63,397 nt of DNA, filler included, from Octopus bimaculoides (GCF_001194135.2; 4 parts of 4 records of this genome joined end to end with filler, not necessarily neighbours in it), one strand, 5' to 3'. Counted from the first letter of the whole stretch, positions 10,449 through 24,034 are shown. The notes: generated by a model not told the origin, from the letters alone. Program-made: numbers and translations.

Positions 10449-12530
10449 CGGGGCAAAAAATAAAGTCACAAATGAATGCGAAAGTAGCTGATAAACAGAT
10501 GCAAACAAATCTGAATTCAAAACAATCGCAGGAATCATGAGTGGCAATGACATCTAATGGTAGATATTGGAACTACGGTGCAATATAAGTTCTGAAAGAC
10601 CTATAAAGACAAGACAGCCGATTCCCTTTTTCGTTCACTAAGCTACATTACTTTACGGTGTGTATCTTAACATTTACTGTACATATTTTATACAGTAACA
10701 TGATTTTATGTGCTTTTAACGGTTTTCAAGTGATTTTACAATTCCAATATTTGTGGCGGAGAGACGTAATGTCGAGTAAAATGACTTGACTTGATTTTTA
10801 TTTTTCCAGATATTATTTTTGAAAACTGACATACAATCGAGAACGACTTAAGCTGAAATATGCCTGTATATATAAACAAGATTCAGGACAACATTACTCA
10901 AAGTTTTTTTTGTGCAGATATACATCTTAAATGTAAACACATGTCAGCATCTGCAAAACTGAGTAATATGGAGCTGAGCAAGCATATTATTAAATGCAAC
11001 TCGAACTACTATCTTTTATTTGTTTACTTACTTGTGCATGCTTGGAGTTATGTAAAATATTTGTAAAAATGAACTCAATAACTTGTAAAAGAAATTCTAC
11101 AAATATGTTTTAATGTCTTCCAATAACAAGGCATTTAAAGTACAATACAAATTGCTTAAAATATAAAAGACCTTTCGTTAGCTGAATTAATTAGTCATCC
11201 AATATGTCACAACTTAGACTGTTTTGTTGATAATGACAGTCTTTAATATGTACTCATATTGTTTAGTTGTACGTAAACTTGGTGGCAATTATATTTGAAT
11301 AGATTAAACAGAAGAAAATAAAAAGCTTTGAAAATACGTGTAGTTGAAGCGATCTCAAAGATAAATGCTGGCTGTCAGAATATCAGCCAGCAGATATACA
11401 ATCACATTATTTTGATACCAATTATTAAAAAATCTGTCAACATTAAACTTTTATATAACATTTGAGAACATTCTTTTTACGTAGATTAACTTTTAATATA
11501 AAAAATATGAAAACGAAAAGCCTTGATTTAAAAAAATGGCTTTCAATTAAACAAGCATCCTTATATCCAGCATATAGTAAAAGTTCATTAAACTAATATG
11601 CAGTATAGTCCATAGAATTATTCTACCATAATCTTTATTATATAGTGAGTGTATAGTATATAGTAATCCTTATACTATATGAACAGTATTATACAGTTTT
11701 TATGATGCAATCCACATAACATAATTTGCAAACAATTAATGCTATACCCTTTATATATAGCTATATATAGCTGTGAAGCATTCATTTTACTTCCTTCAAA
11801 GACTACAGCTAATTTTCTCATCGTAACACTCATATGGTATGCCAACATCATGATACTATCCATGTCTAAAGTATTCTTTCTCAATACACTATATCACTTG
11901 TATGATATACAATCAGTATAATGGCATATTAAAATCAAAATAATCTGATAATCATGCATTACAAGGGATAAATTTATACAACATATGACATGACTCACAC
12001 AAATATTGTTGGGTAATAACTTTTCAGAAATACTTTCCTGCCATTGTTAGATACTCAGGCAAAAAGCTGTTTTGAGATAAGTAGGGTCTTGCTGTGAAAA
12101 TTAAAGGCAAGGCTTTTTTTAAAATTTTTCAATAAAAAAAAATTTAAGCTAGAAATTCTCAATTAAGAATTGGATATTACAATATATAGTTAACTTTACC
12201 AGGTAAAAATAAAATATCTGATTAAGTTAGTTAAGAATAAAGCTCCAAAAAAAAAAAAAAAAATCTAATCCCACAAGAGATAGATTAAAATCAGTAGAGC
12301 CGAAAAGGATACTGATAAATTAAATGGCAGTGGAAGACTAGACTGACCAACAACTTTAGTTGACATTGTAGTTCATAATCATGTGCATCTTTTTCATTTA
12401 TATTACAGGTACACAACACTATGCATTATCAAATACTTCAAAAGATTACAATGTAAGTCAGTGTGTGTGTGTGCACGCATGCATAATATTCTCAGTATAT
12501 GTGTATTGTGTACCTAGAAATAATTTTAAA

Positions 12531-12701
12531 CTATTTGGAATTGATACCAAGTTTTTCAAGAACCCTTAGGCCTTTTTCCATGTATTCTTCTTTAGTCATC
12601 CAAAAAGAATCTTTATCTTTCATAATATCTGCTAGGACAGCACCACCTAAAAATACCATATGCTTTCTGCGAGGTGGGTCTTCTATTCGAATTTTAAATT
12701 T
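12531..12701 (-). CDS. ACTR2: Arp2 last coding exon (exon 8, 171 bp)
   Basis: [58 protein letters not shown] acceptor at 12703-12702. Confidence 0.97.
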   Translation of the reverse strand, partial: KFKIRIEDPPRRKHMVFLGGAVLADIMKDKDSFWMTKEEYMEKGLRVLEKLGINSK

Positions 12702-14051
12702 CTGAAAATTAAAATACATTAGAATATTTTTCAATAAGGATTCAAATGAAACAGATAAAATCAAAACAGATATTTTCAAAATAAATATTAAATCCTATTA
12801 CAAATTTTGAAGATTGAAAAGGAAGTTTAAAAGCAATCATTTATGTTAGTTCCCATCTGCATGTTAATTAAAGATTTTTTTCATTTTAATTAAATATAAA
12901 TGCTATCAGTCAATGTTGCTTCTACTAAATCATCAGAATAAATGCTTTAAAGCAGGATATATTTACTAATGGCTACTTTTAACTATGCATTAAACCAATT
13001 TGATTTTAGAGGAAAATAAAACAAATAGAAATGAATACTACATTACTTGTATTTTTATTTTGTTGTCTACAAATAAAATGTAAGATAGTCAAGCCTAATA
13101 GGATTTTATCTCAGAAGAAGGACATTAACATTTTTAGTTTTGTATTCATCTATCTTGACCATCATTACGACTTTAAGGTGTTAATGCAAATATGATTCAG
13201 AGTAAATCAGTAAGGTGACAGGGCATGAATCATGACATTTGAGTTAAACTAGCACCTTAATTTTTAAAATCTTAGTTTGGATGGTTTAGAAAATGCATTT
13301 AGTTGCAGATTTTAGAATGTGGTCTCTAAATGACTAAGAAGGTTAAGTCAAATTAGATCAAAACTCATCTCTTCCAATTTAATTACAAGAATCAATCATA
13401 GTCCAGGATACCTTTGTAAATTCAGATATTTTGGTTTTATTGCCATATGTCTTTAACACAAACCATTCATTCATGGAATGAGAATAGAATCCATTGTTAG
13501 GCAAGAGTCCATTGAGAATAGAATCCATTGTTAGGTACAACACAATGCTATAAGGATTTTGGACATGGTCAGTAATCTCAAACCATAATTCCACAACCAT
13601 TTTGCTTCTTTTAATCAAACAAAATAGTTTCAAAACGATAAAATTAGGCTCAATAACACTTGCCAAATTGCAAATTCAACAAAATATTAAAAAATAACTA
13701 TTATATATAGTTAAAATCAATACACCTATGTAGATATATATGTAAAGAGAAAAATCAATTAGCAAAAGAGAAAATTAAAAGATAAAAATTAAAGTATGAA
13801 AGAACAATGGTAGTTAATAGAAAGAGATTACATTTTTAATACTTTTTAAGATTGTTACATTTTTTGAACAAGGTTACAGTCAACTAAATTTAATAATGCA
13901 GGACATATTTTCATTTTAATGTACATCAAACATATGCATTAAAAGAATATTGTTTGGCATATTTATAGATAGAAGTGTGTAGCAAAGTCATAAGTCTAGT
14001 TATTGTAGGGTGGTATTTTAACATTAAACCAGATCAACAAAAAAAACTTAC

Positions 14052-14330
14052 TGAAAGTTTTGATGAATTTCCTTTAAGCACTCGTTCAAGATAAAGTTGT
14101 TTGAGTTCTCTTTCTAAACGACTAGGAAGGCCAGGATACATAGTTGAGCCACCAGACAGCACAATATGTTTATAGAATTCAGTGCGTGTATCAATGTCTG
14201 CTGCCTGTATAGTATTGAAGAGTAATTCAGCAACACCAACACCTTCAATGTTGATTAGATGGGGCTGGAACAATGCTTCAGGAGCTTCAAATCTTTCACC
14301 ACCAACTTTTATAACTCGACCATCAGGAAG
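14052..14330 (-). CDS. ACTR2: Arp2 exon 7 (279 bp)
   Basis: [30 protein letters not shown]...[11 protein letters not shown] at 14332-14331, donor GTAAGT at 14051. Confidence 0.97.
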
Positions 14331-14924
14331 CTATATAATAAAACCATTTTATAATACATTAGGTTTTTATTCTTATTTATATCACACTGTGTAAGTAAAA
14401 AAAAAAAAAGATGAAGACAATCACCATATCATCAAAAAAGTGTTATACAGCTCCATCAGTTACAAAGTTATAACCATTGTTGTAATTGTTCAACCATTAC
14501 TTTCATTTTCATAGAAAAGAATTTGGATACAAACTTTCAGTATTAATCTAACATTAAAATAAGTTATTACATTAAAATTTAATAACTTAATGGAGTCTAG
14601 GCACTGAATTTGGTAATATCCAAGTCAAAAATCGAAATGATTAAGTGAACAATGAATATAAGGACCAAGTGACAAATATTTTGAAATGTTGCATTATAAT
14701 CAAATTAATTAGAGATAAACAGGATTAAAAAAGATTAATGATTAATCTAATCATCATGTTTCACTTTCGTATTTCCAAGGAGACAATGGTTAGATGAATC
14801 TGCAACACAGCATAGTTTGTGCTGGCTCTTTTGAAGTATTTTGAGTTGCTTCCATGTTGAAAATAAATTGTTCAAGATATGTGTGTGTGTGTGTGTGCAT
14901 GCATATATATATATATATATATAT

Positions 14925-16480
14925 TAGATGATAAGAAAATGGAGGAAAAACAACAAATAGAAGTGTGTCATTATTTAATTAATTAAGCAAGGTGAGGGTA
15001 AGAGTGAGTTTACAGCCGTTTCTATGTATCAAAGTTGAGGTAAATAGGTGTTTACCTCATTGCAAATGGTAGACATCATCAGAACGAAGAAGGCGGAGAT
15101 AGACAAAGAGGAGAATAGAGCGAAAGATAAAGGGAGAAATCAGAAAAGAAAAATTTCAATGATTCGAAAGTCTTACATCTTAGTTGTGTTCATTAAATTC
15201 ATTATGAGGTAGTTGAAGAATAGAGGATGGTTGAATTCAAAGTCTTGTAGATAATTATTATAGCTAGTTGACCGGTGGTGTAATCTGAGGTAGTTATCCC
15301 TAATTATGGATATCCAGTGTGGTTAATAGGAGCTAAGTGTCACTAACTTATAGGTTGTGGGTAGTTCGTATATTTGGAGGAAGCCGAAAATGAGGGTAAA
15401 GTTTATATCTAGCATAAGTGTGATTAAGCGTGTAAATACAAAGTTACAGAATATTTATGCCTGAGGAGTGCAATGGAAAGGTAAAGAAAAAGATAAAGGA
15501 GGAAATTAATGTGTAAAAGAGTTGGTAGTTCTCGACAGGAAAGAATTATAGGGATAAGGTAGGCTAGCGTAGAAAGTAGCTTAGGTATATTAGTTATTTA
15601 TTGATAATGTGGGTTGGGGTAGGCTAGTATAAGATATGTATATGTTTATTTATTTATATTGTTGGTTGGATATGTGTAAGCTAGTTAGGTTAGGGAAGGT
15701 AATAGGCTGATAATTAGGTCTGCAAATAACATTTAAGCTAGGAGATAGTGGTATTTATAGGAATGAGTGGGTTTAACAAAACTTAGAGAATACAAATCTG
15801 CCTTTATGCAGACAAAAATTTTATTTTCATATTTCTTATTGAGTAGAGATGATTTGGCCATTAATATCAGTAGTTTTTCTGTTACAGAGGCTGACAGTGT
15901 TTTACTGTTAATGGTACAAGACGAATTTTTTTCTAGGATATGCCATTCTAAACTATAGTTGATTTTTTTTTTGTCTTTTAGTTCCCAAATGTAGCTACTA
16001 AGTCTTGTAGAGTTTGCTTTACTTCTATTTCTAAATGTAGATTGGTGGGAATTGTATCTAAGTATCATTTCATTTTTCATAGCTCTTATATACGATTTCG
16101 TATGGTTAGTTGTGAGTACATCACATCGGTATATTACGTTTTTTTGTTTTATACCTATTGGAGAATTGACACTTAGTTCTGTCTCTGCAGCCACATAAAT
16201 TATTTGGTTTATCTGTGCTTATGTTATGTTATGTTGAGGGGGGGTAATTATTTATCAGGTCCGTGTTGTTTGCGGGTTGGCTATTAGGGACTAGATTAAT
16301 TCCATTTGCTTGTTGGCTGTTATGTTTTATGCTAGTATTTTTTCTAGCTTTGTAGAAAGCGTCTAGCTATGATGGTAGCTAGGTTACTAGTAAGGCTATG
16401 GCCTACTCTAATTTTATTCTTAAAGATTCCTGAGTATTTGTTATTTAAGTTCAAGTGCTTATCTCTAAGTCTCATTATGG
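14925..16480 (-). mobile_element. Truncated Penelope-like element (GIY-YIG plus 3' region) in Arp2 intron 6
   Basis: ORF 15733-16194 (NVIYRCDV..SYI..RYNSHQSTFRN..STRLSSYIWELKD..LLNK). Degenerate hammerhead core CTGATGA (15082-15076) and GAAAC (15022-15018). Confidence 0.85.
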
Positions 16481-16517
16481 AGTGAACTATATTAGATTTA
16501 AGCTGCATTGCGAAAAG

Positions 16518-18362
16518 CATGGGTCACCAAACTATGGCCCACAGGCCGGCGTGATGTCATTTTGTCTGGCCTGCCATCGTATGCTGAAAAAAGTAAACAT
16601 GCTTTTATACTGCTTCTTACACTTCTTGGAGTATGCATGTCATATGTATACTGAGTCATGCGTTATGTATTTCACACACCATAATAATTACTAGAGTACA
16701 TCATGTGTACCTCAAGCTAGTCAGTTACTAGGGATTACAATTAAAACAAGAATATCTGATGCCGAGGCCTAAGACTGCTTTTGTTTTTTCTTCATCCATC
16801 GCTATGGCTACTAAGAAGAGAAAGGTTGATGATGAATGTCACATTTTCAATAAAGAAAAGTACTTCTTTGGAGAAACAAACGACCAGAAAGCTAGTTGCC
16901 TGATATGCAACAAAAGTGTTGCTGTTATGAAAGAGTACAATATTCGTCGTCATTACGAAGCAAAACATCTCTCAACACATTCTAAATATTCTGGAAAGTT
17001 GCGGTCTGAGAAATTTGAATCTATGAAACACAGTTTGGAATCTCAAATGAATTTCTTTATGAAAAAGTTTTTGAAAATGAATCTATCACTTGTGTAAGTT
17101 ACAAAATAGTGAATAAGTTGGCAGAGCGAGGAAAACCATTTACTGACGGAAACCTTATAAAAGAGTGCATGATGGAAGCAACAAATGAATTGTGTCCTGA
17201 AAAAGCTAACATGTTTGGCTGTATCAGCCTTTCAGTAAGTTCAGTTGTGTGGAGAATGGCAGAAATTGGAGAGAATACAGTTACAGATACATGAGAAAGC
17301 AAAGAAATTTTTGTGGTATTCTCTAGCAATGGATGAGTCTACTGATCTCACTAGTACGTCACAACTTCTTGTGTTCATTTGTGGTGTTAATTGCAACTTT
17401 GAGATTATAGAAGAAATGGCATCCGTTTACAGTATACATGGAACAACAACTGCAGAAGATATTTTCATAGAAGTATAGAAAACTTTGCAAAACTATAACC
17501 TTCAGTGGAATCAGCTTCAGTGTGTTACAGTCGATGGAGGAAAAAACATGGCAGGAGTGAGGAAGGGTTTGGTAGGGCAGATCGAGACCAAGTTGGAGGA
17601 GCTTCAACTTCTGAAAGCTCTGTTTATACACTGCATTATACATCAGCAAGCACCCTATGGAAAACACTTAGATATTTCTTGCGTATTAAAATAGGTTACA
17701 ACTGTGGTGAACTTTATTCGGAATCATGGGCTTAATCACTGACAGTTCCAGACTTTCCTTGAAGAAATGGATTCTAATTTCTGTGACTTGCCTTACTACA
17801 CTGAAGTGAGATGGCTCAGTTGCGGTAAAGTCCTGTTTCGTTTTTATAAGCTCCAAAGAGAAACAGATCTTTTTCTCACAGAAAAGAATAGAGCTGATCC
17901 ACAGCTGTCAGATCCTTCATGGTTATCAAAGTTGTCATTTCTAGTTGACGTTACTTCTCATATGAATGAATTGAATTTAAAACTGCAAGGAAAGAATAAC
18001 CTTGTCTGTGATCTCTACAGAATTATTACAGTTTTTCGGAGAAAACTATAATTTTCAGTGTTTTCAAGAGTTTTGTACAGAAAATGTGGCACATGTTAAC
18101 CTCGAGTTTCAGAAAAAAATTATTTGGGACTTAAATAAGCATTTTTCTCAAAGATTTTCAGATCTTGACAGAATTGAGAATGAAATTCTTTTGTTTGANN
18201 NNNNNNNNNNNNNNNNNNNNNNNNNNNNNNNNNNNNNNNNNNNNNNNNNNNNNNNNNNNNNNNNNNNNNNNNNNNNNNNNNNNNNNNNNNNNNNNNNNNC
18301 TCACTGAATTTTATCGCTGCTTGCCTGCTGATGAGTTTTCAAAATTGAAAAAATTTGCCACA
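16518..18362 (+). mobile_element. hAT (Charlie/SPIN, GTF2IRD2-like) transposon, 3'-truncated and decayed
   Basis: TIR-like CATGGGTCACCAAACTATGGCCC at 16518. ORFs with CLICNKSVAVMKEYNIRRHYE, WYSLAMDESTD, VTVDGGKNM, HCIIHQQ and EVRWLSCGKVL. Confidence 0.9.
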
Positions 18363-18369
18363 GGTACAC

Positions 18370-18485
18370 AGAAACAGCTGTAAACTCACTCTTACCCTCA
18401 CCTTGCTTAATTAATTAAATAATGGCTTTTTAGCACAACAGACACACTTCTATTTGTTGTTTTTCCTCCATTTTCTTATCATCTA
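18370..18485 (+). repeat. Inverted copy of the PLE 3' tail at 14925-15023
   Basis: Reverse complement of 14925-15023 with one mismatch and a 17-nt insertion. Confidence 0.9.
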
Positions 18486-18675
18486 TATATACATTAAACT
18501 ACGGTTTACCTCTTAAATTACCTGCTGCCATATAACTTATACCAAGGACCATACTTACTGAGGTAATTACCAGGAGTGCATTCGGATACTTCTATCTCTT
18601 AGAGGGCTTAACACCTCTAACTTATACCTTACATAACACACATATATATATAAACACACTAGTGGCAATACTCAC

Positions 18676-18825
18676 TGTATAAGACTCTACCAAGACGGTT
18701 GTTTCAAGAGCAAGTTGTTGTTCTTGGACCACATCATATGCTACATAACAAAGTTTTTCTTTCATAATACGAACAGTTTCAAAATCAGCTGAGTGATTGA
18801 AAGCATAACCTCTTAAAAGCAGCAG
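18676..18825 (-). CDS. ACTR2: Arp2 exon 6 (150 bp; not in ORF track)
   Basis: [50 protein letters not shown]. Polypyrimidine tract and AG at 18827-18826, donor GTGAG at 18675. Confidence 0.97.
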
Positions 18826-19095
18826 CTGGAGGAGAGAAAAAAGGTTAAACTAGTTGAGAAAGGAATGGAACATATGAAGTAGTAAGCTTTGCACAGGAAC
18901 ACAATAAAAGAAAGAGAGAGAGAGAGAGAAGTGGGGGAGCAAGAAATCCAACGATAATATTACAGCCACTGTTCCTCTTAAAGATGTAATTCTTAAGATC
19001 CTGAAAAGGATGTTGATAAAAATCTCAAGTATTTCAAACAAATTAGACTTTAATTACTTAGTAAATGATTGAGGATAATGGTAGTGTGAACATAC

Positions 19096-19232
19096 CTTAA
19101 TAAGATATTTAGTAATGTCTCTACCAGCAATATCAAGACGCCGTGTTAAGTGAGGTAAAGAGAACCCTTCATAAACTGGGCAAATATGAGTTACACCATC
19201 ACCAGAATCCACAACTACTCCTGTCTGTAACC
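19096..19232 (-). CDS. ACTR2: Arp2 exon 5 (137 bp)
   Basis: (G)[45 protein letters not shown]. Phase-1 acceptor at 19234-19233, donor GTATG at 19095. Confidence 0.97.
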
Positions 19233-19439
19233 CTACAATGATTAACAAACAAGATATTTATAAATAGCTGATTCTGACAAATTACATTAAACATTTTATT
19301 TTTCTGAGAGGTAGGCACATCATACCACCTTTTTAATGCCACCACCTGGCAAACATTTGTTTGTTGGAAGCATCTGGATTTGTCTTCAAGCAGGTATTTT
19401 CTGTGATGCACCATTACTCTTCACATTTCCCCATATTAA

Positions 19440-20450
19440 TCTCTTTGGTTAATTCTCTCTTCCCTTTTTTAACATTCGCATAATTCATTTCAGCCTAGAC
19501 CCTACACATCTCACATCTTAATGCTGTCCAACATACAAATTTCCCAAATCCATCTCTGTTGTCCACACTTCTCCCTTTATTCAAAACTGCACTCTGAAAA
19601 GTGGTGTCTGTGCATATGTAGTTTCTGCTTTTTATCTGGCTGTCAATAGGTCATTGGATATATAAACAAAAGAGTGAAAGACTGAACTGAACCCTGGGGA
19701 ATATAGAGTTGATAATGTAGGATAGAAAGAGCTTTGTCAACACAGGCTGCAACAGTGCAATAGGAAGTTATCAATCTCTTAAAATGAAAAATGGATGTAA
19801 CTTGTAGGTGAGCAATTTTAACCAGTGATTCACATGGTTCAAATCAACAAGGCTACAAATAATGTCCCTTCCATTACACTCAAACACTGCATTGCAAAGC
19901 TAGACCTTTGGTCTCTTTTTTAACACAGGAACATACTCTAATTTTAGGAAGTAGGGTGGATGCCCTGCAGAAAAGCACTGCCTCTGACTCTGCATTCTCC
20001 TGAACTATCAATCTCTGTCATCATAATGGCAACTTCTATATTCAATGACCCAACAACACTTACTCAGGCTCAGAGAATCTCATCCTTCACTCTTCCATAA
20101 CCATCTTCACCCAAGCACCATCCACATGCAACCTAAATACCTCACACCAAACCTGTACTGACTCCATATATATAGAACCCAAAACTATTCCCTAACAGGG
20201 TCATGCAAATCTTGTCTCCACCCCTACAAAAAAACGGAACAGAAAAAAAGGCACTGCATGTACCATGAAAACAATTCAGTTCAGTTCATACCACTTAGTG
20301 TCTGGCAACCACAGCTCTTTGATCATTCCAAATGCTAGGCCTCGCAATCAGTTTTTCTTTAACATAGCCAGAACTGCACTTCACAAACTGGAATCAAAAA
20401 ATATTTCACTTCCAACAATTACTGGGTGGCCCCCAAAAAAACAGAATCCA
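19440..20450 (-). mobile_element. Heavily decayed LINE remnant, probably Tx1/L1-like RT region
   Basis: Broken minus-strand frames (GHPVIVGSEIFF, KGLA...) resemble L1/Tx1 RT segments by eye only. Confidence 0.35.
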
Positions 20451-20465
20451 TAAAAATTTTATTAA

Positions 20466-21863
20466 CCCTTTCGTTACCATATTTCTAACCAAATTACACC
20501 CCTTATGTGTTTCAATTAATTTCTAACATAATCATAAATTTAGGCTGGTTTCATTAAACAACTCTAACTTTTTTATTTATCAACATATTAATGTGATTTT
20601 TGGAAGATAATTTAACGAAAGGTTCTCAACCAATTCTATACCAAAATTTTTGTCACAAAGTGACTTTAATTACAGGTAAATACAGGTAAATTCAACAAAA
20701 TATAAAATTATTAAAATTTTTGTTCAAACATCGCTATAGAAAATGGGTTATTAGCTAATATTCAATTGGGTATACAACAAAATATTATTATAGAAGAGTN
20801 NNNNNNNNNNNNNNNNNNNNNNNNNNNNNNNNNNNNNNNNNNNNNNNNNNNNNNNNNNNNNNNNNNNNNNNNNNNNNNNNNNNNNNNNNNNNNNNNNNNN
20901 NNNNNNNNNNNNNNNNNNNNNNNNNNNNNNNNNNNNNNNNNNNNNNNNNNNNNNNNNNNNNNNNNNNNNNNNNNNNNNNNNNNNNNNNNNNNNNNNNNNN
21001 NNNNNNNNNNNNNNNNNNNNNNNNNNNNNNNNNNNNNNNNNNNNNNNNNNNNNNNNNNNNNNNNNNNNNNNNNNNNNNNNNNNNNNNNNNNNNNNNNNNN
21101 NNNNNNNNNNNNNNNNNNNNNNNNNNNNNNNNNNNNNNNNNNNNNNNNNNNNNNNNNNNNNNNNNNNNNNNNNNNNNNNNNNNNNNNNNNNNNNNNNNNN
21201 NNNNNNNNNNNNNNNNNNNNNNNNNNNNNNNNNNNNNNNNNNNNNNNNNNNNNNNNNNNNNNNNNNNNNNNNNNNNNNNNNNNNNNNNNNNNNNNNNNNN
21301 NNNNNNNNNNNNNNNNNNNNNNNNNNNNNNNNNNNNNNNNNNNNNNNNNNNNNNNNNNNNNNNNNNNNNNNNNNNNNNNNNNNNNNNNNNNNNNNNNNNN
21401 NNNNNNNNNNNNNNNNNNNNNNNNNNNNNNNNNNNNNNNNNNNNNNNNNNNNNNNNNNNNNNNNNNNNNNNNNNNNNNNNNNNNNNNNNNNNNNNNNNNN
21501 NNNNNNNNNNNNNNNNNNNNNNNNNNNNNNNNNNNNNNNNNNNNNNNNNNNNNNNNNNNNNNNNNNNNNNNNNNNNNNNNNNNNNNNNNNNNNNNNNNNN
21601 NNNNNNNNNNNNNNNNNNNNNNNNNNNNNNNNNNNNNNNNNNNNNNNNNNNNNNNNNNNNNATTAAAAAAACACGATCGTCGTACAAAACTATAGCTGAA
21701 CTGTTTACACAAATAATCACATGTTTTCACAAATGTACTAACGAGATTTGCTTGGATATTCTCATTTAAATATGAATAGGTGATTATGGGCGGTTTTGGG
21801 CAGCTTGGTCACATGAACCAAAATTTTTTTCGGGCGGCTTTGGGCGGTTTGGTAACGAAAGGG
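20466..21863. mobile_element. piggyBac-like non-autonomous element (centre in a gap)
   Basis: 13-bp TIR CCCTTTCGTTACC (20466-20478) and GGTAACGAAAGGG (21851-21863), with TTAA on both flanks. Confidence 0.85.
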
Positions 21864-21879
21864 TTAAATCCTACAAAGG

Positions 21880-22480
21880 TCAAGCAAATTTCAAGAAATT
21901 TGCTGGACTTAGACTTCGGTCTGTGTATGATCATTCCTTTTGCATAAAAGTCATGTTCTTTTCAAAATATGCCCCAAATGGCATACATCATGCAAAATTG
22001 TCAATTACTTGAACACATTCCTTTTTTTGGGGATTTCCTTGGTTTCTGCTGTGATTGCTTGAGGGTTGTTCTGGTAAACATTATCCTTGAGATATCCCAA
22101 CAGATAAAAATCTGGTGAGGTTCAAGTCCAGTGAATGCGGTGCCCATTCAACGTCACACTTCCCACTGATCAGTCTCTCCTAAAATCACTCTCTTAGCCA
22201 GGCTAGGGAGTCATTTGATGTGTAGGGGTGGCCCCGTCTTGCTGGAACCACTATTCATTTTGATTTATCCCACTGCGTCATTTTATTCAAAGATTTGTGG
22301 GTTGTCTTTTTTTGGGGGGTCACTCTGTACTACCTCTCCACAAAGCTCAGATGAGACTATGGAATACTGCAGTCATATCATCTAGGATGGTGTTGCTTTT
22401 GCATGCACAATGATCCTAGGTCACATGCATAGAAAGGCCACCTGACTAATTGACATAAAGCCCATCTTTGGTCCATAGAC
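21880..22480 (-). mobile_element. Tc1/mariner-superfamily transposase remnant
   Basis: Minus frames give WFQQDGATP and PDFYLLGYLKDNVYQNNPQ, matching the DD-D catalytic region. Confidence 0.7.
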
Positions 22481-23321
22481 ATTCTGTGTGTCTGCCTTTT
22501 ACACTGCAACTATAGTGCTCTTCAGAAGCCGGCAGTTATTGAATCACCACTACCAAAGGATTTTTAATTTATTTGCCTTTCCTCTGCTCATCACCCATAT
22601 TGTGCCCAACTACCCAGACCTTGCACTAACTACCCATTCCTTTTCCCTCAGAACATTAGTCTTTGCAAATCCCCTCTCTGCCCTTATCTTTCCTGTGGTC
22701 ATCAACTTGCAATAGCTTAAGTGGAATATTAATGGTTTCAATGTAAGGCCAGCAAGGGCCATAGGCACAGTCCCTTCACTTAGACTAGCAAGATAATATA
22801 TAAATTGCAGAAATGAAATCAAATTATGCTTAGCAAGTTATTCCTAGGATCAAATCTTTGCAATAGGTAAAAGTAAAGATAAATTTAAAATCCCTGAATT
22901 TGAAACTAAATGTGAACTTGACCTATAAATAAAAAAATAAAGTTGCAAATTGTTAGATTTGTTTGGTAAAAGATTTACTGGATATAACAAAAGTGGTAGG
23001 ATAAATTTGATGCTTCAAATATTAAATCAAAAGCTAATAAATAAAATAACATTTGAAATAAAGACTTGTCAAAAAATAAAACCAAATGCCTTCACATTAG
23101 AAACAGCTTACATATACTCTATTTGGTTTTCATTTTATTACTTTCATTTCAATAAAATTAAGGCAAATATATTATATAAAATCTCTAAACTTACTAGTTT
23201 ATGAAGGAAAAATTTCATTTAATTTGATTTAGACATGAAAAGATGAAAATGTGATAAAAAGTCAACAGGTCAGTCTCAAATAATATAGGAGTGGAAAAAA
23301 ACAAGGATAGAAATAGTTTAC

Positions 23322-23394
23322 CTTGTGCATATAATGTTAGAACAGCTTGAATTGCAATGTATACACTATGGAAATTATATTTTTCAAACATAAC
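23322..23394 (-). CDS. ACTR2: Arp2 exon 4 (73 bp)
   Basis: VMFEKYNFHSVYIAIQAVLTLYAQ(G). AG at 23396-23395, donor GTAAA at 23321, phase 1. Confidence 0.97.
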
Positions 23395-23818
23395 CTGTAT
23401 ATTAAAAAGAAGCAAAATAACATCAGAATTGGAAACTTATAAAACAAATCATGCAGTATGTTCAAAGAGAAACAAATCATACCGTATATCAGAGAAAAAT
23501 AAACAATGCAACAATAAACTTATCTTTTATTTCTCTTTGAAAGCTATTTATCATTGATAATATAAACAGAATAATTAATTACAACTAAAGTACTGAAAAG
23601 CAGCTATATATAAAAACAATTACACTGTATAATATTATGTATAAATATAAAATGGGCATAATATTAGCTGGCCTCAATCCAGTTTTGCTCTTAATGCCCT
23701 TATTGTAAATTCCTAAATGTATAAAGATAGTTTCAGCCTTTTTGCTTTCTCTTTGGACATAACTGCATGATCTATAAATTATCATAATATATTAGCAAAA
23801 CTGAACAGATATTCTTAC

Positions 23819-24034
23819 CTCCACCATTTTCTCTCTGTTTTTTATTGGATTCATGGGAGGTTCTGTGAGTAGAATTTTGCTATTGCTAGTATCAATATTC
23901 ATTTTGTCTCGACCAAATGTGTAATCATACACATGCAGCATATCTTCCCAGTTACGAACAATACCATTTTCCATTGGATATTTCACTTCAAGCATTGAAC
24001 GAAGGGCACTGGCCTCTTCTCCCACCATTAAGTC
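23819..24034 (-). CDS. ACTR2: Arp2 exon 3 (216 bp)
   Basis: [32 protein letters not shown]...[18 protein letters not shown] at 24036-24035, donor GTAAGA at 23818. Confidence 0.97.

Noticed and set aside
13480-13535. 22-bp direct repeat with a 12-bp spacer in Arp2 intron 7
   Set aside because: An ordinary local tandem duplication with only two units; not CRISPR-like.
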